The translations under genes were made by a program, and so were the position numbers. 7,671 nucleotides of DNA from contig NW_003314658.1 in assembly GCF_000143415.4 (NCBI RefSeq), forward strand, positions 1-7,671, written 5' to 3'. The DNA comes from Selaginella moellendorffii. Taxonomy: Eukaryota; Plantae; Lycopodiophyta. How positions within the stretch are numbered: position 1 is the stretch's first letter; the number at the start of each line of letters is the position of its first letter. Under the pieces are notes generated by a model. The model saw only the letters and a list, made by a program, of their open reading frames with translations, was not told where the DNA came from and made no database searches. This document shows positions 1 through 7,671 of the stretch, in pieces.

Positions 1-587
1 CTCTGACACTTGATTTTGTTCTCTGGGGGAAACCTTTGCCCCTTAGGACTACTTTGTCCATGTGATGAGAATACCAACTCATCTCTAAGTACACCCCCCA
101 ACTCCTTGGGTTGTTCCAACATTTATTAAAGGTAGCCCCGGCTACCATTTCAAGGACTTGCGTCCTCTTCCATATTTGACCTCCCACGATTATTACTTCT
201 GGTCTCACATTCATGAGCACCAACCTCAATTATATGAGGATAATCTTGTGACTCCTTTATTGTTTTGGAGTCTACATCTTTCCCATGATCCCAGCTATAG
301 TTGTTTACCACAACTACCTGAGCTAGTTTGCTGAGTCAAACGCTCATCCGGATCACATCCTCAACTCTTTGAGGGAAACCTTATACCATTCCCAAGATCC
401 TGAAGTCGTTCCCTTACTGGCCCTTTTCCATCCACCACATCGCGCACAAGTTCACACATGAACTTGAGCGGAGAGTCATGTCCTCTCGACATGCTACTCG
501 TCGAGGATAGGTCCACATTTAGGACCTTCCAATTCCAATACAAGTGGTGATATACTTGGCCACCAATAATAGTCGGACTAAGGAACA
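1..587 (-). mobile_element. 5' internal region (leader) of LTR retrotransposon C, running off the left edge of the window
   Basis: Lies directly downstream of the PBS at 588-599 on the minus strand. No recognisable gag ORF or motif was found by eye. Confidence 0.6.
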
Positions 588-599
588 GCTCCGATACCA
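588..599 (-). other. Primer-binding site (tRNA-iMet type) of element C
   Basis: Minus strand reads TGGTATCGGAGC, an 11/12 match to the canonical TGGTATCAGAGC. It sits 3 nt (ACT) after an LTR-like end ...CTCTTACA (plus strand TGTAAGAG at 603). Confidence 0.85.
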
Positions 600-602
600 A
601 GT

Positions 603-2303
603 TGTAAGAGACTAATTTTTCCATTCTACTTTAGTCACTTAACCACACCTTCGACCACTTGGAGGGGTCTCACTCACCACCTCCTTAAGTCCAATTCAGG
701 ACTTGGGACTTGCTAGCCCCGAGAATGGCATCCATGCCACTCATCCCTTACACTTAATCCAAGTGCTCCACGTGTCCGGTCCCAAGATCGACACCCCAAG
801 GTACCACCGACATATTAGCCCGTTACGCTAAGGCCATGCCCCTTTACCTTGGTCATACCGGTGGTCTAACACCACCTGCATCACAATCCCGTCTCTCAAG
901 GACTGGACCATCTGTCCATGAGTGATCATTCCAGATCCACTCCTTAGCATCCTTAGGATGCCCGCAGACGTGGGGAATAGCCTTCCCCAATATCCCTTTT
1001 CTGGTCCCCACCAAGTCCCTTTCTGCCCATGGCCGTGTTCACCAACACTACCACTGGATCGAGGCCCATAGGCCCGACCACTAAGTCCCACGGTCCTCTG
1101 GGACTTCCTCACCACACGACTGTGTCCTTGGTCACTACCCTAGAGGACTGCTCCTCTTCCTTTCCACAGTCTGGGCCTTTGGGACAACATTTCGGAACAC
1201 TGTGGCCTTACGCGAGCCACCTGGATACTCTCCCCACCTTTCGCCTTTAGGTGCTCTAGCCATAGGCTTAGAGCGAGGTTCCGTTGAGCCACACCTAGTA
1301 TCCAAGTCGGTAGTGCCACCCACACTTGGACTGGGAGCATCGGCCAGTCGATCTCCCGAGGGAACTAGAGCCGGCTCTTGAACACTTCACCAAGCTACCC
1401 CACTTGTTGGTCCATATTCACTCTAGTCTTGGACTTCCCAGTGGTCAGTTCATCACCCAACACTGGGTCTGGCCTTCCTGGGCCAAACTGGTCTTTCCTG
1501 GCTAAACTAGCTCCACTGGAGTCCTCCCCCTTACTATACTTTTGGAGCTCACCAAACCCCCCAGGGTCTGGGAGACGAACACTTTGGGCTTTCACCCTCT
1601 CAGACTCGAACTCGGACTCAGACTCGGACTCGGGCTCGGACTCGGACTCGGACTTGAACTTGGACTCGGGCTCGGGCTCGGGCTCGGTCTCAGCCTCAGC
1701 CTCGGTCTCGATCTCTGTCCTGGTCTCAGTCCTGGTCTCAGTCCCGGTCTCGGTCTCGGTCTCGGTCTCGACCTCGGACTCCATCTCGGGTCCTTCTCGG
1801 ACTCCATCTCAGACTCCGTCTTGGTCCATCTCAGACTCCATCTCGGACTCTGTCTCAGTCCATCTCGGACTCCATCTAGGGTCCATCTCGAACTCCATCT
1901 CGGACTCCATCTCGGGTCCATCTCGGGCCCATCTCGAACTCCATCTCGGACTCCATCTCAGGTCCATCTCGGACTCCATCTCGGGTCCATCTTGGACTCC
2001 GTCTCGGTCCACCTCGGACTCCATCTCGGACTCCATCTCGGGTCCATCTCAGACTCCATCTCGGACACTTCCACGTGTCATGTGTTGGTCTTTTTTGGGT
2101 CCCTTTTTGGAGCTTTGCTTATTGCTCGCTTCGTGCTCGCTCCTTGTTGGGAGTTTCTTTGTTAGGAGTTTCACTCCCGCTCTCGACCTTCCAAGTCAGA
2201 GCTTTTAGTCCAAACGTGTTACACTCGTTTGGGCTTTCGTTTCGGCCACTACCATGTGGCACCCTTCCGGCTCCACTTTGGGGTCTAGGGATTTTGTGTC
2301 TCA
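603..2303 (-). mobile_element. 5' LTR of element C (~1.7 kb; right boundary uncertain: 2223, 2303 or 2654)
   Basis: The left edge TGTAAG at 603 abuts the PBS. The preferred right edge ...GTGTCTCA at 2303 (minus strand TGAGACAC) lies within a few bases of where A/B homology stops (~2310). It shares co-oriented blocks with LTR B: 854-870/6432-6448 (16/17), 1532-1546/6593-6607 (14/15) and 1582-1598/6640-6656 (17/17). Confidence 0.65.
1603..2066. repeat. Compound tandem repeat: 29 in-phase hexamers (GACTCG/GGCTCG/GTCTCG type, 1603-1776) followed by GACTCCATCTCG 12-mers mixed with 10-11-bp GGTCCATCTCG/GTCCATCTCG variants
   Basis: Read directly from the sequence. It explains the SD/GL/ES/PS dipeptide-repeat ORFs in several frames. 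Confidence 0.97.
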
Positions 2304-2654
2304 TATCTATTTGGCTCCGTTTTGCGTGCTGGTTCTGGCATTGGGATGTTGGTTGCTCTAGGACTATTCCAAGTCGCACTGGGCTCCTGTCCCTTCGCTC
2401 CTTGGGCTGTACGCTCAGGAGTTGCTCCGTGGTCCGGTTCCATCACTCCTTGGCTCCTTGCTTGGGGGTTTGGCACCGTTCCTTTGTTCAATGGTTTAAG
2501 GCCCTGAAACTCAGGTTCCACACCACTATCCTTTGGACACGTGGCATGTGACACGTGGCATCTATCACATGGCACAAGGGTTTAGGTTCCACTTCGTGGT
2601 GTTATCCTATAGTAAATCACCATAGGATAAAGGGTCAAAACCACGTGTGCTACA
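2304..2654 (+). mobile_element. LTR terminal fragment A (3' end of a B-family LTR in plus orientation)
   Basis: 2310-2654 is the reverse complement of 6063-6410. A manual alignment gave about 36 substitutions (about 30 transitions) and one 3-bp indel, ~90% identity. It ends in ...GTGCTACA at 2654 and no PBS follows (next bases CCCAA, a candidate TSD). Confidence 0.8.
2535..2574. promoter_or_regulatory. Tandem G-box/ABRE-like motifs with 14-bp period in LTR fragment A
   Basis: GGACACGTGGC at 2535-2545, GACACGTGGC at 2550-2559 and degenerate TCACATGGC at 2565-2573. This is a motif match only; function is not shown. Confidence 0.4.
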
Positions 2655-2990
2655 CCCAACAACTTTTAACAAATGGAACATTGAGCATGAAAACTCAAGG
2701 AACCAAAAGTTCAAAGAAGCCTATAGCTAAGTCTTTGTCTACAATGATCACAAGTCTCATAGAAACTAATTTCAATGTTAAAAAAGAAATCATGGTGCAA
2801 CCCACAGTATCTTTCTCAACACATCCATAAGCCAAACTTCATAATGCCAAAGCTAATGAAGAGCATGTCTGCATCAATCCAAAAGCTAAGCATAATGAAG
2901 CTATGCTCAATAAGTGATCACTAAACGATCCTCCATGAATCCATCTATAGCAAGACATAACTCACTTCATAACAAGCCCAAAACGAATCA

Positions 2991-3029
2991 TTAATGATAG
3001 CTATATCCCGAACTCAAATCCAACAAAGA
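2991..3029 (-). pseudogene. Possible Ty3/Gypsy RT motif remnant (SLLDLSSGYSYH*)
   Basis: Manual translation resembles the RT motif SKLDLRSGYHQ. It is short, and its position conflicts in order with the candidate at 3511-3728. Confidence 0.25.
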
Positions 3030-3510
3030 CTCAACATTCTAATATTGATCACTAACTTTTCCTCTCGTAGAGTTAGCATAGTCCACGACTAAATTTACTT
3101 TTCAAGGAAAAGCTAAAGCTCAACCCTTTACTAAATAATCTTGTCTAAAATACAACTAACTCAACTTGCCACTCAGTTCGTTTAAACGTTAACACAGTTG
3201 CTAACTAGCAAATGCACAAATGCCAACAACACAAAGCTATAGCCAAATCATCAACACTATATTCATCAAGACTAATGAAACTCGGAAGGATATCTCATTT
3301 CACTTAGATCTCAATATCAACAATGTCAATGACAAAGCATCACTTCAATGCCATCAACACCAAAACAAAGCTAGAAGAAAGCACGAGTGAATCACCACTC
3401 AAAACTCTCTAGCAACCAAGCGAACTAAAGTCGAAGATACCTTAATCAGTATCCGAGACCAATCCTCCAACAAAACTCAGTTACAGATAACACTTCATCA
3501 AGGAGTGATT

Positions 3511-3728
3511 CACCACGTCCAAGACTCAATGAAATCCAACACTTCGGATTAAACGTAAGCAATTATTAGTTGTAAAGCAACTAACAATCACTCCTCAACT
3601 TGCCTACATAAGACCCAAACACTAAACTTATATCATCAAGTTATATACTTTGTCCAACAGTAATATAATACCTCATGTATGAGATAAAAATTCATGGACA
3701 AGCACAAACTAAATGACCACTCGAATCC
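3511..3728 (-). pseudogene. Possible highly decayed Ty3/Gypsy reverse-transcriptase core
   Basis: Manual translation with frameshifts and stops gives GFEWSFSL...FYLIHEV / LDKVY / LDDI (3629-3640) ...KLRSDC*LLYN**LLTFNPKC...LG. The order is similar to YEF..MPFGL..LMNEV..LDK..YLDDI..HLR..QL..KC..LG. A chance match on a T/G-rich strand is possible. Confidence 0.35.
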
Positions 3729-6049
3729 AACTCAACTGCAATAAGCTCACTAATGCATTTAGCCAATAGCTTTGAGCATGCCTTGAAGAGACTAGCTATG
3801 TGATCAACACTTAGTCGAAACTAAAGTGAAGATCATGAGATGGACTCATATCGGTACACAACCTCCTCACAGACAAAGCTATAGTACGGGTACCAACATC
3901 TCAAACTCAAACAATTAAGTTGGACATCACCATCCTCAGCCAAAGTGCAGAGCCACCAAAACTAAGTCAAGATCAGTGAGAGCTCACTACTCTCATAGAG
4001 TTTAACGAAATGCAAGGTACAACTTGCCACCAAGCACAACACTACAAAAGAAAGGCACAAGGGTCACCTTTCTTAAAAAAGCATAACTGCCACTTTTTTT
4101 ACACCAACTCTAAACTCTATCCAACTTAATTGCCTCAGCCCCAAAAGTCAGCATCCCTTTCGGGTCGCATCATACAAACTACTTATTAAGGTTTAAGCCA
4201 ACCGAAACCAACTCCAACCCCTTCAATAATTTATACTGGCTTATGAAAATGGAATGGTTTTCGAGCAAAGTGACCAATAGATCAGCTATTGGAAAAGTCT
4301 AAGAAAATTTGTGGAAAATTTCCATCCTAGAGAAAGAATGACTCTCAGTCTAGGATTGCAAACTTTTAAGACTTAACCAACTTCCTCCTACTAACAACTT
4401 AGATTCACTTTAACACAAATTCTCATGACCTAATAGTATGCTTAAGCATCGAACATCTTTTGCCCATTTTTCCAACATCCAACACCGATATCCGCAAAAT
4501 GCAAAATGAACATCTAAAACTTGATCACGAAGATCATATCTTCAGACATTCATATTGCACTAACACTCTTCTTCAACCACCTTCAAGATCCAACGTGAAG
4601 CCAAAACACCAACAAGAAAAATGACATGGAAAATCAAGCTCTAAGGAAAATTCCTCATCACTCGAAATAACAATGCCACTTCCACTAACACAAGTGTTAG
4701 CAATGTCAATGCCTCAACTACACACCTTCTCCATCCAACAATTTACTCCAAGTGCTAATGGATCAATTGATGAGTTATAGTAAATGAATACTACAACCCT
4801 TTTCCAACACCACATGGGCAAACTCTCAAGGACAATGAACCAACTTAAGCTTAGCATAATGGACCACTATCGAGAATTCAGTCAAGGCTACTACAATGCT
4901 ACTATATGCAAGTAGACTAGCTTCACCATCAACCACCTTGGGGTTGATCATCATTTAACCAAGCAACTTCGTAAACGCATTATTCATTATCACATGGATA
5001 TGATATAAGCATCACAATGACTTGATCATCAATTGAGCAACACCACGAACAATGCCTATATCATTACTTCAAAAGTTTATGTGAGTATCAAGTGTCAACT
5101 CGATTCAACAAAATGCAATATAAATGCCACACTCCACCAATAGAGATTTACAACACCGAACACCACTAACTTTTGTTCACAACACGGTCAAGCTCATGCC
5201 ACTCTTTCAGACCAAACTCAACACTAATCCAACACCAAGCTACTCAAGGAGCAATAACAAGATTCCCCAGAAAAGAATTGAGCATTGCAATCCAAGTCTT
5301 CCAATAGCAAGCCTAAACAAAATGGTTTAGCGTTTCACCACTATCCATCCTAGAACTCACCACTTGTAAGACCATTATTTCCAATATGCATCAAGGTAGG
5401 GACTCTTGATTGCATAATGTGAACACAAGCAAAGAGTTAACACCTCGTTGCAAATCATCACTCAAAAAGAGAAAATGATTTACATGTTTGATCCTTCGTC
5501 CCTAATAACTCTCTTTTCGGTCTTATCTTTGACCAAACCTCAAGCTTGCTTTCGCACTGCCTTTAGTCCAGTCTAAGAAAAGTTTATGAGAGAGCATGGC
5601 AATGACTACAATCTTGATTGATCCACTTAAAATCATGCCTAGGAAGGATCCACTAGTGCCGTGCTAAACAGCTACGGACCAGCCTATTTGCCACTTATAG
5701 CAAACTTAGGGAAAGTTTACTTTTACCCATGGTACATGAAAAAACTCATGGAACCACCGATAGGCTATCATTAATCCTGCCAACTCAAAGTGCAACCTTG
5801 AGTTGCTAATGTGCCTCACTCACGAGCCCAAGCGAAAACTCGTGTAATGGAACATCTCAATCCATCTTATGAGCCCAAGAGCAAGCTCACATTATTACGG
5901 TACAAAACGGTAACCAAATTCATACTCAAGGAACGATTGCGAAGTCTTTGCACCCAAACGTGTACCCACTCGGATCATCGTTTTCATCTCTACGTATGCA
6001 ACGAGACTAGTTGCCCAATCTCATTGAATAGTACTCGTTGAGACTCTTC

Positions 6050-6060
6050 CTCTGATACCA
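6050..6060 (-). other. Primer-binding site (tRNA-iMet type) of element B
   Basis: Minus strand reads TGGTATCAGAG (11-nt exact match to the canonical PBS), 2 nt from the LTR end at 6063. Confidence 0.9.
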
Positions 6061-6086
6061 AATATAACGCATGTGGTTTTGACCCT

Positions 6087-6115
6087 TTATCCTATGGTGA
6101 TTTACCATAGGATAA
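6087..6115. repeat. Perfect 12-bp inverted repeat TTATCCTATGGT-gattt-ACCATAGGATAA near the LTR end (second copy at 2602-2630 with one mismatch)
   Basis: Read directly from the sequence. Confidence 0.9.
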
Positions 6116-6145
6116 CACCACGAAGTGGAACCTAAACCCTCTTTA

Positions 6146-6185
6146 TGCCATGTGACACATGCCACGTGTCATATGCCACGTGTCC
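6146..6185. promoter_or_regulatory. Tandem G-box/ABRE-like motifs in LTR B
   Basis: GCCACGTGTC at 6161-6170 and 6175-6184, plus degenerate GCCATGTGAC at 6147-6156. Homologous to 2535-2574. Confidence 0.4.
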
Positions 6186-7125
6186 AAAGGACAGTGGTGT
6201 GGAACCCGAGGTTCAAGGCCTTGGGCCACTGAGTGAAGGAACAGTGCCAAACTCCCAAGCTTGGAGCCAAGGAGTGATGGAACCGAACCACGGAGCAACT
6301 CCCGAGCATACAGCCCAAGGAGCCAAGGGACAGGAGCCCGGAGCGACTTGGAACAGTCCTGGAGCAACCAGCATCCTAATGCCAGGACCAACACGCAAAA
6401 CGGAGCCAAACGGAGTCTGGCACTATTTCGGCATACCGGTGGCCTAACGTGAGGATATGGGTACTCCACTAGCTAGCATGGAATGGAACTTGGGCTTAGA
6501 CCCAAGCCGGCCACAGAACAAGGACAGGCACGCAAGTAGGAGCTAGACTATGCCTCAAGTTGGTCAACCATGCCCGACCTACCCACTATCCCTACTATAC
6601 ATTTGGAACCCCCCCCCCCCCACCCTTGAGGAACACACGCTTTGGGCTTTCACCCTAAGCCTCCCTTAGTATCAAGAGTTAGTCTTTGGGACAAGCTCGA
6701 AACTTATTAAATATGGAATGTCCCTAGATTGCGAATTTGGACACGGGACGAACACCATTGTGTTCAGGACGATCTCTACATTCCGTAGATATGCCAAATG
6801 GAGCAAATCTGGACCGAAAAAACCGCGCACGAACTAACCTTTCCGAGCTTGAGTCTCTCTCACTCGTCACAAAAGAATGAAACTCTCTTGAAGGGAAGAG
6901 AGCATGGAGATGAGAGGGAAAACAAACAATCAATGCTACAACTTTTGTGATTGACTGGCGCTTCTCACTCATAACCACATTCATTTCAACAATATTATTC
7001 CTCTCACGATCAATTATACATATCTTAATATCTAAAACATTGAAAGATTGTGTCCATTGATCACCATCAAAGAGAATGAAAATCATGGCCATTGATCGTG
7101 ACTGTTGATCGCGTCCGTTGATTTT

Positions 7126-7147
7126 TAGGGTTTTACGCCTAGGGTTT
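7126..7147. promoter_or_regulatory. Two telo-box motifs (TAGGGTTT, reverse complement of AAACCCTA)
   Basis: Exact 8-mers at 7126-7133 and 7140-7147. Motif match only. Confidence 0.35.
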
Positions 7148-7257
7148 GAGCAGCAAAGGGCAAGAGAAAGGCGCGCTTGAGCAGGGAAGGGCGAGCGAAA
7201 GGCACTTCAATCAAGCAATGTGCTTCAAGACACTCCTCAAACAAGGTATGCTTCCTT

Positions 7258-7616
7258 GAGAAGGTCGGTTCGCACGCGAACCGACGTCTTCTCACTTTCT
7301 TTCTTCCATTCTATTTTCTCAATTTTTGTTTTCTCTTGAGGGATAGAGATGTCGATTCTTGTGCGAACCGACATCTCCTAGCATTCTATTTCATTTTCTA
7401 TTTAGCTTTTTGCCCATCTCTACCTCGTTTTTTTTTTTTTTCCTTGTTGAAGGGGTGGGAAAGATCGGTTCGCACGCGAACCGACGTCTCCCCACCTTCA
7501 TTTTTTCTAGAAGCGAGCTTTCTTGATTTTTTTCATGTTTCTAGTGGTGAGATTTCTATATTTTAGAAAACAGAGAGAGATTGAAATGTCGGTTCTTGTG
7601 CGAACCGACATCTTCA
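7258..7616. repeat. Array of four spaced 22-bp palindromes (GTCGGTTC...GAACCGAC), probably subterminal repeats of a CACTA/En-Spm-type DNA transposon
   Basis: Cores at 7264-7285, 7351-7372, 7464-7485 and 7588-7609, with T-rich spacers of 65, 91 and 102 nt. The array itself is certain. The CACTA assignment is inferred from architecture, since no CACTA terminus or transposase is visible in the window. Confidence 0.75.
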
Positions 7617-7671
7617 AGGTTTTTTTTTTTATTTCATTGACTTGAGCATTGGCTGGCTTTGCAAGAAAGTC

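Larger units (their letters stand above)
2655..6049 (-). mobile_element. Degenerate internal domain of element B (non-autonomous or decayed), interrupted at 2654 by fragment A
   Basis: Follows the PBS at 6050-6060 on the minus strand. The ORF track shows no minus-strand ORF here, and the element sense strand is visibly T/G-rich. Confidence 0.7.
6063..6690 (-). mobile_element. 5' LTR of element B (distal boundary unresolved, possibly truncated near 6690-6720)
   Basis: Starts TATAACGC, where the homologous A end reads TGTAGCAC, so the terminal TG/CA appears mutated. It is adjacent to the PBS, homologous to A over 6063-6410, and shares short blocks with LTR C up to 6656. Confidence 0.75.

Noticed and set aside
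361-624. 87-aa minus-strand ORF as gag
   Set aside because: It starts inside the LTR, crosses the PBS, is short and has no gag motif.
1378-2208. 276-aa, 207-aa, 129-aa, 109-aa and 75-aa overlapping ORFs with SD/GL/ES/PS repeats (superficially like SD-repeat adhesins)
   Set aside because: They are open in several frames on both strands only because the tandem repeat has few stop codons, and they lie inside an LTR with no domain content.
2800-2900. Additional FGL-like RT motifs on the minus strand (AFGL, IMKFGL)
   Set aside because: Two competing hits in different frames with wrong spacing and no downstream YxDD; such matches are expected by chance on a T/G-rich strand.
2310-6410. Single TIR (Mutator/foldback) or DIRS-like element with ~345-bp terminal inverted repeats
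   Set aside because: There is no TSD at the outer edges, the inner edges are LTR-type termini with a tRNA PBS, and no transposase or tyrosine recombinase is evident.
6145-6447. 100-aa ORF with a homologous 96-aa ORF at 2285-2575 (-)
   Set aside because: The similarity simply reflects the LTR duplication. About 16 of 89 aligned residues differ from roughly 30 nucleotide changes, giving no clear sign of purifying selection, and the second copy starts at GTG.
6609-6621. C13 run as a polypurine tract
   Set aside because: It lies inside the LTR between conserved blocks rather than next to an LTR start, and corresponds to a shorter C-run near 1557-1562, so it is likely slippage.
6724-7566. 122-aa (-) and 129-aa (+) ORFs
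   Set aside because: No recognisable domain. The Phe/Leu-rich content of the second derives from T-rich spacers, and it starts at TTG.
7264-7609. CRISPR-like array
   Set aside because: Repeats alternate in orientation, spacers are 65-102 nt and low-complexity T-rich, there are no cas genes, and the context is eukaryotic retrotransposon DNA.
7258-7630. Rho-independent terminators (hairpin plus T-run)
   Set aside because: There is no bacterial gene context, and several T-runs are not directly adjacent to the stems.

Overview
This is eukaryotic, most likely land-plant, repetitive DNA with no credible intact protein-coding gene. It is best read as a nest of related LTR retrotransposons. Element 'C' (minus strand) has a tRNA-iMet PBS at 588-599 and a 5' LTR starting at 603 and probably ending at 2303; this LTR carries a 6-bp to 12-bp tandem array at 1603-2066. 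Fragment 'A' (plus strand, ~2304-2654) is a ~350-bp LTR 3' end. Element 'B' (minus strand) has a PBS at 6050-6060, an LTR starting at 6063, and a ~3.4-kb decayed, ORF-less internal region (2655-6049) with only faint RT-like traces. A and the end of LTR B form a ~345-bp inverted repeat of ~90% identity. The right end holds four spaced 22-bp palindromes in alternating orientation, resembling CACTA-type subterminal repeats. The listed ORFs appear to be repeat or composition artefacts. No new biological system can be firmly supported. The best leads are the inverted LTR-end arrangement and the palindrome array with unit-specific complementary arms.
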